Shown here piece by piece: positions 26,491-34,325 of a DNA stretch of 34,465 bases. The stretch spans positions 1-34,465 of the IMG/VR virus record IMGVR_UViG_3300032560_000073, one strand, 5' to 3'. The notes under the pieces are model-generated. The model searched no databases and had not been told where the DNA came from. It saw nothing but the letters and a program-made list of their open reading frames with translations. Each line of letters begins with the position of its first letter. Position 1 is the first letter of the stretch. A program made the position numbers and the translations under genes. Origin of the DNA: a virus. Lineage: Duplodnaviria > Caudoviricetes.

Positions 26491-27608
26491 CAACCAATCC
26501 TCCAGTTTGTTCCATCAAAAAAAACAGGCATAACATTGGTTCCACCACCAGCCACGATTGAGTTAAATGTGGCTGCATTGGCGTTATTAACCATGGCTCG
26601 CTGCCCTTGAACTCCGGCAGGAAGTGAGGCTACGGCATACACGGCGGTTCTGACTGGGCCAGTGAACGTAGCGCTCTGATCCTGATCTATCGTCAACGCT
26701 GTAGTTAGCGTGGACGATCCATTAGGAACCGTCTGGAACACCATCTTGGTCCCGACTGTTGACGATGAATAATTCTGCGTTGAATAACAACGGATCGCTG
26801 CGCCAGCAACGACATCGTCAGATGTATCGACCGATCCGCCAAACTCGAACGACCCAACTCTGTTTCCGCTAGTGACTGCTGATCCTGTCGGAATATACAT
26901 CAGACCAACAGTTACGCCACCAGTGATGCTCTGGGTTGGATTAACATTGTGGAAATGTGCAGTAACGCCACTGGCAACGTAGAATTCATAGCTCGCATCC
27001 AGCGGATTGGATCCTCTAGGCCCAATTTCCATGTTGGAGTTGCCGCCGTAACCGATGGGGTTATAAAAGAAATTGGCGTTGTCTTGAGCCAGCGCACCAG
27101 CCGCGCCGGCGAACATGATGCTTCCCTGGGTTAGGGTGGTGGCAATCGTGATGGCTGGGGTGCTAGTAGGCGTTGCCACAGACCCCGTAAATCCATTTGT
27201 GGCGACAACCGAAACAGAACTGACCGTGCCAAAAGACGATGGCAATGGGTGGGAATGATCGGCCCGCGCCGCATCAGTCTTAACCCCAGTGGAACCGAGT
27301 GCCGTATCTACAGCGGGGACGACGGTGGAGAGTCCGGTGATTCCGTTAAAGGAAGTCCCGGTCACAATCCCAAGACTGAACGTCAATGACACAGTGTTGC
27401 CATTCTGGGACTGGGCAATACCGATGCCATTCTGTCCCGTCGTCTGGATATCACTGACATAGCTCGCCCCAATCAGGTTCACCTTGGGACCAAGCAACTG
27501 GTGGAAAAATGATGTCCACGCGGGCGTATGGAATCCCCTGCCATCAACAGCAAGTATGGCCGGAGACGGCGGAAATATATTGGTGGCAATCAGACTAGGC
27601 GTGCTCAT
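26490..27608 (-). CDS. Tail needle / fibre-like protein (gp26 position)
   Basis: TPAW..FF N-terminus, ARADH.HP, GTVSSVSV...GFTGSV..PT.TPAIT and PVF.DGTNWRIG fibre motifs. Confidence 0.7.
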   Translation of the reverse strand: MSTPSLIATNIFPPSPAILAVDGRGFHTPAWTSFFHQLLGPKVNLIGASYVSDIQTTGQNGIGIAQSQNGNTVSLTFSLGIVTGTSFNGITGLSTVVPAVDTALGSTGVKTDAARADHSHPLPSSFGTVSSVSVVATNGFTGSVATPTSTPAITIATTLTQGSIMFAGAAGALAQDNANFFYNPIGYGGNSNMEIGPRGSNPLDASYEFYVASGVTAHFHNVNPTQSITGGVTVGLMYIPTGSAVTSGNRVGSFEFGGSVDTSDDVVAGAAIRCYSTQNYSSSTVGTKMVFQTVPNGSSTLTTALTIDQDQSATFTGPVRTAVYAVASLPAGVQGQRAMVNNANAATFNSIVAGGGTNVMPVFFDGTNWRIG

Positions 27609-30600
27609 CGCGGCGAGTTCTCCGCAGCCTTCACGTCTATTTCGGCTCCCAATAGGTTGACCAGAACCGGATCAAAACAAGTGACCTTGAACACCATGTC
27701 ACGGACGCCGCCCTTGATCTTGCGCCAAATCAAACGCTGGAGTCGATTCCCGATGGGTCCGAGCGAACAATACCGTTCGGCAGAAAATGTATATCCGCCG
27801 TCATAACTATAACTCAACCCGATTTGTGGGTTTGTCCCGGTATATTCATAGATTGGGGTTCCCTGCATATATTGGAATGTGGCCATGTATTCAGTCGGCA
27901 GCAATTGTGGAGCCGTGGCAGAAAATGTGCTGGTGATAACTGCGGCGGGTTGGACTACGGTGAGGGCAGTATTCTCAACCTCGGCGAACGGCGGAATCTC
28001 GAAGGCCAGCAATCCCTGATTAGCGGTATAGGTGACCTGGTCATAGGCGGATGCCCCAACCGTCTGGATCAACGGCAACAGCGCCGACTGGGGGCCAATC
28101 TGGCATCCCCAGACCCCAACATAGGCCGATCCGTTCCCTGGGTAAGTCTCAATGAGAGGGAATCCAAAATCAGCGATGCCCGCATCTATCAGTTTGACAT
28201 AAGCCGATGGCTGGATGCTCGTTCCGGTTGCGGTCGATACCGTAGTGGTGCTGGGAGTGCCAAACTGGACCAATGAATTGCTGAATGGGCACGGCGCGGA
28301 CAGGTTGTAAACCGATCCAGTCTGGTTAATAGTCCCGGACGCCAGCGAAAGGACGGTGATACTAGTCGAAACACCGGCCACCCATAGCGTTGATCCAATC
28401 GTAACGGCCCCGAACGTGGGGGGGATCGCCAACGTCATCTGATTAGCGGTTCCCGTTGCCGCTGCGCCTACTGTTAAAATCGTCCCGGTCGTGTTCGTTT
28501 CCACATAGGTAATGGAGCATCTGTATACGTTGGGGAACCCCGCGATAGGAGTCATGATTGGGGTGCAATTCTGAGATAGGATGATGGTCCCGGCTTGAAG
28601 ATTGAAAAGCGCGGATGCCGCTCCTGCCTGGCCCAAACCAAGGGACAACTCTAAATATCGCTGGTCCGTCCGAGCAGCAGTGAAAATTGATTGTCCCTGA
28701 TTTGTCACCCATCCAGGGGAACACTGATAGGTTGACCCAACCGCGCCGAGAATCCCACCGATCAGCGCCGTGAGCGTCTGGTCAACGATGGCCAAGTCGA
28801 TTAGGGACACCACGTCTCCAAGCGCCAGAGTCCCATTGGTTGGGAGGACATTGAGCGTCATCGTGTAGATGATGGACGGTGCAGTCCCTGATGTCGTAAA
28901 TGTGGCCTGGCCGCCAGTCAGCGTCACGCTCGTAATTGTTGATTCGGCGGTTGCATAGATGGAAAGATTGGTTGTCTGGCCAGAAACAACAGCATAGGGG
29001 ATCGACATACCATGAGGATTGCATGTCGAATCCTCAGTTAGGAATGTTCCGGCTTCTGATTGCGCATAGTCGGGGGTAAACCAGTTTTGCCCATTGGGAA
29101 CAGCATTATACATCGTCCAACCCTGGGCAAAATCATATGAATTGATGCAGAGGTTGGTATCCTTGGCTGGGGCCTGTTGTTGGAGATTGTTCCCGCGCCA
29201 ATCATTGACGTAGATTTGTGCCGTGGCTGCGGCTGGGTAGATATTGGGAATTTGGAAATCAACTTCGGTCCCGTTGCCGGTGCCGATAGTGACCAACCCG
29301 GAGGTCAGAGGTGCCGGATTGATCGTCACTTGGTTCCCAATCGTGGTATAAGACCCTGACCAGTTGGAAACCGCACCGTTTGACGTAACCGTAACGCTGC
29401 CCACTGGGGTCTGCGGAGTGCCGTCATTCCCCACTAGGGTATAGGTGGGGCCATTCCCGCTCATCAATACGTTCGTGGCCGTATGGAGAGTCGGAGTGCC
29501 TGTCCCTATCTGGATCGGCAAACCCACGCCATCTAACCCTGTGCCTGCCTGAACATCGAGTTGCAGTTGCGGGTAAAACATGCGCTTGTATGCCGCCGAT
29601 TGGTGCGGGGCGATACGGGTCCGCACGATGGGAGCGCCGTTATGCGTGAAATTGGTTGAATCGATTGAATATATATTGCCGTTCTGGTAATCGCCTACGA
29701 GATGCAATTGCCCATATCCGGGAATGAATACATTGGTATGGAAGTTGCCCAAATCACGGGAGTAAGCACCGTTTGAGAAATAGGCCCGCTCGTGCCATTC
29801 CTTGTGTGCAATGTCATAGGCCCAGCTGGTGGTTGATGTTGGGCTATTCAGGATATACCACGAATGGCCTTCTTCCTGGTATGCCCACGCGATCACCTGG
29901 CTAATATCGCCTTGGTTCTGGAGCCAGATTTCAACAGCATGGTTCGAGACCCGCATGGGACGATAGCCAAACGCCATGGCAACCTCGCCATAGCCATTAT
30001 TATCGTTGATGACCCACAGGAGCTGCCCGCCGACCTGGGCCACACTCCAAGGGGCCGCACAACCGGTTGGAGCGGTCGCACCCGGAATCTGCTGAAACAG
30101 GTTGGTAGTCGCGGAACCGCCGGTGTTCTGCCAAACACTCAGAGATCGATTGCCAAGCACCCATACGATATCGTGGTCTGATATGATTCTTGAAACATTG
30201 TCGTTATTGATGTTGGCTTCAAACGTGTTCGCGTCATTGATGTTTTGGGGATCAGCAGCATAGTAACCGCTGATGGTGTCGGGCTGAGAAAAAAGGAAAA
30301 ACCCATCCTGGAATGACACAAAATTGGAACCGGCGAAACCAGTCCCGTCGTTCATCTGATAAACCTGGGTGGTCCCCTCTTGGAAAACATAACCAGTAGA
30401 CGACCCATCGACAACTACCACCTGGTTGATGAGCCCGGTATTTGCAACACCCTGATACTGGTTGGGAATTCCATCGATAATGGACACAAATCCACTGGAG
30501 GTGGTCAGATATGCCAACAGAATATGAGACCACGAGAGCACGCCAGCGGACACGGTGGGAACCAACTGGAATAGGCCATTCCCGGCCACGCAATAGACAT

Positions 30601-30814
30601 AATTGTTGGCGGTATGGAATAATCCACGAATGGCGTTGCGCGGCAATGAGTGCTGGAGCGTATACCCAGACGTGGGAGCCAGCATACAGGGCTCCTGTTC
30701 TTTTCCTGTCTGGACCTCATCAAATTCGGGATGCCAGTTGATGCAACGCTGCGAATCGTAATTGATTGATTTGAGGGCGTATGTCGGCCCGAGAAACGAT
30801 TTTAGTTTGCTCAC
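27605..30814 (-). CDS. Tail hub / packaged-DNA stabilisation protein (P22 gp10 family) with ~565-aa insertion
   Basis: Q.CINW.PE, F.DGFF, RVSNHAVE, Y.EEGH.WY, W.YD....WHER, VGDY.NG and NPQI.LS.S.DGG.TF...R..WR...RD.VF motifs. Confidence 0.88.
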   Translation of the reverse strand: MSKLKSFLGPTYALKSINYDSQRCINWHPEFDEVQTGKEQEPCMLAPTSGYTLQHSLPRNAIRGLFHTANNYVYCVAGNGLFQLVPTVSAGVLSWSHILLAYLTTSSGFVSIIDGIPNQYQGVANTGLINQVVVVDGSSTGYVFQEGTTQVYQMNDGTGFAGSNFVSFQDGFFLFSQPDTISGYYAADPQNINDANTFEANINNDNVSRIISDHDIVWVLGNRSLSVWQNTGGSATTNLFQQIPGATAPTGCAAPWSVAQVGGQLLWVINDNNGYGEVAMAFGYRPMRVSNHAVEIWLQNQGDISQVIAWAYQEEGHSWYILNSPTSTTSWAYDIAHKEWHERAYFSNGAYSRDLGNFHTNVFIPGYGQLHLVGDYQNGNIYSIDSTNFTHNGAPIVRTRIAPHQSAAYKRMFYPQLQLDVQAGTGLDGVGLPIQIGTGTPTLHTATNVLMSGNGPTYTLVGNDGTPQTPVGSVTVTSNGAVSNWSGSYTTIGNQVTINPAPLTSGLVTIGTGNGTEVDFQIPNIYPAAATAQIYVNDWRGNNLQQQAPAKDTNLCINSYDFAQGWTMYNAVPNGQNWFTPDYAQSEAGTFLTEDSTCNPHGMSIPYAVVSGQTTNLSIYATAESTITSVTLTGGQATFTTSGTAPSIIYTMTLNVLPTNGTLALGDVVSLIDLAIVDQTLTALIGGILGAVGSTYQCSPGWVTNQGQSIFTAARTDQRYLELSLGLGQAGAASALFNLQAGTIILSQNCTPIMTPIAGFPNVYRCSITYVETNTTGTILTVGAAATGTANQMTLAIPPTFGAVTIGSTLWVAGVSTSITVLSLASGTINQTGSVYNLSAPCPFSNSLVQFGTPSTTTVSTATGTSIQPSAYVKLIDAGIADFGFPLIETYPGNGSAYVGVWGCQIGPQSALLPLIQTVGASAYDQVTYTANQGLLAFEIPPFAEVENTALTVVQPAAVITSTFSATAPQLLPTEYMATFQYMQGTPIYEYTGTNPQIGLSYSYDGGYTFSAERYCSLGPIGNRLQRLIWRKIKGGVRDMVFKVTCFDPVLVNLLGAEIDVKAAENSPR

Positions 30815-30822
30815 AGTTTACC

Positions 30823-30841
30823 CTCGTATATATTATACGAG
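30823..30841 (-). promoter_or_regulatory. Putative late promoter embedded in an 8-bp inverted repeat
   Basis: CTCGTATA-ATA-TATACGAG; TATAAT at 30837-30832, 17 nt before GTG 30814. Confidence 0.55.
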
Positions 30842-30858
30842 AAATGAGGCCCTGAAAT

Positions 30859-30880
30859 AAAAAAGCCCCCGAAGGGGCTT
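30859..30880 (-). terminator. Rho-independent terminator
   Basis: AAGCCCC-TTCG-GGGGCTTTTTT: cUUCGg tetraloop and U tract. Confidence 0.9.
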
Positions 30881-30899
30881 CATCTCTTGCTGTTATGTT

Positions 30900-31112
30900 T
30901 CAAACCCCAAATAACATAATTACCCGCTTAAACATCCGCGCCATGTTCCGGTCACACAGAAACAGGCAGGCCCGCAGTTCGCCCTCGGTTGCCCTGGATT
31001 TCAGGAACTGTTCCGCTGGTTTGAGGCTGGTCCTATACCACGGATAGCAGCCCGAGGCGCTGCGTTTATGGATTTCGGTGTAGGTTGCTTCTGCTACCTT
31101 ATGGTTGTGCAT
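30900..31112 (-). CDS. Hypothetical protein (70 aa)
   Basis: GGAGG RBS; last gene before the terminator. Confidence 0.65.
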   Translation of the reverse strand: MHNHKVAEATYTEIHKRSASGCYPWYRTSLKPAEQFLKSRATEGELRACLFLCDRNMARMFKRVIMLFGV

Positions 31113-31140
31113 TTCTATCCTCCAATTTCTACATTAGTTT

Positions 31141-31323
31141 TCAGTAGCCGTAGCCGTAGCCGTTGCCGTTGCCGTAGCCGTCGCCGTTGCCGCAGCCGCA
31201 GCCGTCGCCGTCGCCGTTGCCGTTGCCGTAGCTGTAGCCGTTGCCGGTGCCGTTGCCGTTGCCGTAGCCGTCGCCGTAGCCGTCGCCGTTGCCGTAGTTT
31301 ACGATTAATAGATTCTTGGCCAT
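31141..31323 (-). CDS. Gly-X low-complexity protein (G-N/D/Y repeats, 60 aa)
   Basis: MAKNLLIVNYGNGDGYGDGYGNG...GYGYGY; ATG 1 nt after the upstream TAA; GGC-NNC hexamer repeats. Confidence 0.7.
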   Translation of the reverse strand: MAKNLLIVNYGNGDGYGDGYGNGNGTGNGYSYGNGNGDGDGCGCGNGDGYGNGNGYGYGY

Positions 31324-31324
31324 A

Positions 31325-31716
31325 TTACCACCCGTTAATGACGTTGATCTGCGCAATCGGAGTGCATCGAACTACGCCGTAGGGGTCGGCTTTGGTTTTG
31401 CCAGCGATAGGCCCGTTGATCAGTTCTCCGAGTCCATGGGTGGTTCCCCAGTTGCGGATATTCTGGGTATTCCGGATGGTCACACTCCCGTCATCATGAT
31501 CCTCGCAGTCGCCCACGAATCCGCGACGATGATCCGCTTGCTACCGGTGCCCTTCTTGACGTATTCGATGCCGTTGATGCTGATGGTTTCGACGGTGGTA
31601 TCCATGTCGCCCACGAATATCCATCCGCGATCCGCGACGATGATCCGCTTGCTACCGGTGCCCTTCTTGACGTATTCGATGCCGTTGATGCTGATGGTTT
31701 CGACGGTGGTATCCAT
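31325..31716 (-). pseudogene. Conserved phage protein (RGWIFVG...IRNWGTT.GLGEL..GP; DUF6948-like) disrupted by a tandem duplication
   Basis: Deleting the second copy (31508-31605) restores one ORF, MDTTVETISING...DRGWIFVGD-CEDHDDG...INGW; as sequenced it frameshifts and stops at 31480. Confidence 0.7.
31508..31716. repeat. Tandem direct repeat: 111-nt copy (31606-31716) and 98-nt copy (31508-31605) with a 13-nt deletion
   Basis: Copies read base by base; identical apart from the deletion. Confidence 0.95.
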
Positions 31717-31758
31717 GATGATTTCCCCTTTCGCGGGATGAGGCACGATGCCAATCCA

Positions 31759-31786
31759 ATTGTGCGGCATCCTTTCCGAGTGTCAA
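31759..31786 (-). promoter_or_regulatory. Sigma70-like promoter of the moron cassette
   Basis: TTGACA (31786-31781)-N16-CACAAT (31764-31759) just after the terL stop. Confidence 0.6.
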
Positions 31787-31793
31787 GGGGAAA

Positions 31794-33158
31794 TCAATGC
31801 ATCCATGAATTCGGCCCAGCGATCATGGCCGCCAGGTTCTGCCGGGCGATTGAGTCCGGGACGCGCCGGATGGGATGGCCCAGCATGTCTAGTTGTTCCA
31901 TCTCTGCGGGCGGATCGATTTTTTGCTTGAACCCTAGAATTAGTGGCTCAATCGCGTAACGGATACTGTCAACGGCATCGTCTTTGCAGCTTAGCCGCTC
32001 CCCTTCCTCTGTCACTACCTCGCGCCGCTGTTTGGCATCAATCTCGGGCAAAACGTTGCCGGTGTGCGGATCGACCCGGTATCTGAGCGAGCGCAGCTCG
32101 GCATAGGTATATGGGCATCGCGGGTGGACATATATGTCATAGAGGGATCGTAGATAATCTACACCGTCCATGTCGCATCCTGGCCATTTGCGGGATGCCA
32201 TCATGCGTTTGTATCCGTTGCGTCGGCAGTAGTTGATAAGCTCGGGCCGGCTGCTATCGGCCCGAACCACGTTTGCCCCCGCGTCCGGGATGGTGTCAAA
32301 CCAGACGGGAATCATGTCAATCTCACAATGGAACTGGACGGTTTCATGCTCGACATACAGCGCATGATTCGGGGCATCCAGCCAACATTTGATCATCACG
32401 GTAGGATCACCACTATATCCCCAATCCGTGCCAAACAACCTAGACCAGTGAGGCGCTGGCACAAACTCTTGGAGGTGCAGTTTCGCCCGGTCGAAAACTA
32501 CATCATTGGACCGATGTTTTGTCTCGCCTAGCCAGATATGGGCATATTCGTCGTAATCCGATGCCTTGAGCCGTTCCATTTCTGATCGCAGCACCTCCGG
32601 GAACCATGGATTGTCCGACGCGTTGATCTGGATCACCACAATGTCGTCTAAGCTGTGCTGGTGTTTAATGAACCGGACGTAGGTTGGATCATCGTCATGG
32701 ACTGGGTTCATCGTCACGATGATTTCAGAGCCAGGTGCCCGGATGGTTGGGACCAATAGACTCCATGATTTCTCACTGACCGTCTGGCCTTCCTCAACCC
32801 AGCATTTCGTCACCTTTTCGTAGGATTTGATGCTCTCAACCGTGTTTGTGGCCAGGCCAGTGAAAATAAACATGCTGCCCGATTCGCTGCATCGAATCTC
32901 ATCCCGTGTCACCTCGAATCTATTACCCAGCCCCATGAGTTGAATCTGGTCCCCAATCAACCGGTGGACGGAATCACGAATGGACCGCTGCACCTCGCGG
33001 CAACACAGGATGCGCTCTCCGGATGACAGAGCACAGATGATCAGATATCGAGCCACACTCCAGGATTTCGAACTACCACGGCCTCCGTGTAGGATTTTAT
33101 ATCGATGTGGTTCCCATAATGGGAAGAGTTTGGAGGGCAGGTCTAGTTTGATATCCAT
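31794..33158 (-). CDS. terL: Terminase large subunit (PBSX/Terminase_3 type)
   Basis: Walker A GGRGSSKS, CRE.Q.SI.DSV, Walker B CWVEEGQ, PTIR, TMNP, HIWLG, GTDWGY..DP and D.VD..RYA motifs. Confidence 0.95.
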   Translation of the reverse strand: MDIKLDLPSKLFPLWEPHRYKILHGGRGSSKSWSVARYLIICALSSGERILCCREVQRSIRDSVHRLIGDQIQLMGLGNRFEVTRDEIRCSESGSMFIFTGLATNTVESIKSYEKVTKCWVEEGQTVSEKSWSLLVPTIRAPGSEIIVTMNPVHDDDPTYVRFIKHQHSLDDIVVIQINASDNPWFPEVLRSEMERLKASDYDEYAHIWLGETKHRSNDVVFDRAKLHLQEFVPAPHWSRLFGTDWGYSGDPTVMIKCWLDAPNHALYVEHETVQFHCEIDMIPVWFDTIPDAGANVVRADSSRPELINYCRRNGYKRMMASRKWPGCDMDGVDYLRSLYDIYVHPRCPYTYAELRSLRYRVDPHTGNVLPEIDAKQRREVVTEEGERLSCKDDAVDSIRYAIEPLILGFKQKIDPPAEMEQLDMLGHPIRRVPDSIARQNLAAMIAGPNSWMH

Positions 33159-33241
33159 TTATAAGATTCCCATCTCACCTAAAGTCTCAACCCCGGCTTG
33201 GGGATCATTTTGGGGTGAATTACAATTAGCTATTCCTAGAT

Positions 33242-33317
33242 TGGCTGGGGATGCGGGACTCGAACCCGCGACACCCGGCTTAACAGGCCGGCGCTCTACC
33301 AACTGAGCTAATCCCCA
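33242..33317 (-). tRNA. tRNA-Asn (GTT), CCA encoded
   Basis: 76-nt cloverleaf: TGGGGAT/ATCCCCA acceptor, GCTC/GAGC D arm, CCGGC-CTGTTAA-GCCGG anticodon arm, GCGGG-TTCGAGT-CCCGC T arm, G73, CCA. Confidence 0.96.
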
Positions 33318-33325
33318 ATATTGCA

Positions 33326-33433
33326 CTAAATGCCCTGGATCACATGCCAAATCATAGATGCTACGCCAACAACCATGGCCAGCGTCCCCGTCACAACAAC
33401 AATGCCCAGGCAGACATTCATCAACGCCATCAT
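33326..33433 (-). CDS. 35-aa single-TM peptide
   Basis: MMALMNVCLGIVVVTGTLAMVVGVASMIWHVIQGI; AAGGAG RBS; TGATG coupling; manually translated. Confidence 0.6.
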   Translation of the reverse strand: MMALMNVCLGIVVVTGTLAMVVGVASMIWHVIQGI

Positions 33434-33846
33434 CAGATATGCTCCTTATCGGTTGCGGGCTGTTCCACGGGAACAATTGCCAGGATGATATGCCCAGCCG
33501 CGTTGTAGATTGCCACTCCACTGGGGCGTTGCTTGACCGTGTATTGCTTCCCGTCCACTGTGGCACGTTGGATACCGGATGCGGGCAATGGATCGTCTAC
33601 GGGCCTCTGGAACGCATAGAATTTGATATTGCCACTGAACCGAATGACCAGGATTACGTGCCCTTTGCCATTGAGTAGAGCAACGGCATCCCCGCTTCTG
33701 TCAATGGAATACCGCTCGCCCTCCAGCGTCCATTCGCGACCTCGCGGGCTAACCGGCATGGTAGCCAGAGTCCGGGCAGGCGTGGGAAACTGATAGACAA
33801 TCGCTGGGACTGGGATATAGACACGCGGAGGCGGGGCCTGGATCAT
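33433..33846 (-). CDS. Hypothetical protein with a duplicated ~30-aa beta module
   Basis: TLEGERYSI...VALLNGKGHVILVI versus TVDGKQYTV...VAIYNAAGHIILAI; ATGA-coupled to terS. Confidence 0.7.
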   Translation of the reverse strand: MIQAPPPRVYIPVPAIVYQFPTPARTLATMPVSPRGREWTLEGERYSIDRSGDAVALLNGKGHVILVIRFSGNIKFYAFQRPVDDPLPASGIQRATVDGKQYTVKQRPSGVAIYNAAGHIILAIVPVEQPATDKEHI

Positions 33847-34148
33847 AGCTTCTCCTTTGGGGCCGGGGATACGTAGTTAATTGAGACACGGATTGGTTCT
33901 GACCTATCCCCGCCGCCTGTGAGTTCGGCCCGGGACAACTTAGGCACGTGGTATTCCAGCATATCGAGGAAACAGCGAAATGCCTTCTCTGCCCCTTGTG
34001 TTTCTGCGATCTCATCTAGCCAGCCCTGGAGCCTGTCAGCGTTGCCGTCAATCAGAACGGCCAATGCCTCACGAGCGTTGGCCGTTGCCTTGTTTGGGCA
34101 CCCTTTACGGGAGCCTCCACGGGGTTTCTGTTTGGTCTTATTAATCAT
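33843..34148 (-). CDS. terS: Probable terminase small subunit
   Basis: GGSRKG.PNK.T motif and PKL...ELTG..G.PI C-terminus; upstream of terL. Confidence 0.7.
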   Translation of the reverse strand: MINKTKQKPRGGSRKGCPNKATANAREALAVLIDGNADRLQGWLDEIAETQGAEKAFRCFLDMLEYHVPKLSRAELTGGGDRSEPIRVSINYVSPAPKEKL

Positions 34149-34169
34149 ATGACGGCACTTTGCTAAATA

Positions 34170-34325
34170 TTAGTCGCTCTGGCTCACATTGAGCCGGTCC
34201 ATTTCTTCCTCATTGGCCAGGACGGGGCATCGCCGATTGGAGATGATCCGCGCGGGCTGTCCACTCATCTCATCGGGCATCCATTCCCCGTTGCAGGTAT
34301 ATCCTCGGTAGCCTAAACCATCCAT
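34170..34325 (-). CDS. Hypothetical 51-aa protein
   Basis: Manually translated MDGLGYRGYTCNGEW...SQSD; GGAGGG RBS. Confidence 0.5.
   Translation of the reverse strand: MDGLGYRGYTCNGEWMPDEMSGQPARIISNRRCPVLANEEEMDRLNVSQSD

Noticed and set aside
31144-31300. GGC-NNC repeats (AAC/GAC/TAC/TGC) resembling DGR adenine mutagenesis
   Set aside because: No template/variable repeat pair or reverse transcriptase is visible; ordinary tandem-repeat drift explains it.
31068-31382. Arg/Cys/Ser-rich + strand ORF (protamine-like)
   Set aside because: It is the antisense shadow of the Gly-X repeat gene, which has coupling, promoter and terminator support.
31508-31716. Direct repeat as a DGR TR/VR pair or att site
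   Set aside because: The copies are adjacent, have no A-specific substitutions, and differ only by a 13-nt deletion.
33159-33566. 135-aa - strand ORF upstream of terL
   Set aside because: It runs through the tRNA and overlaps two better-supported ORFs.
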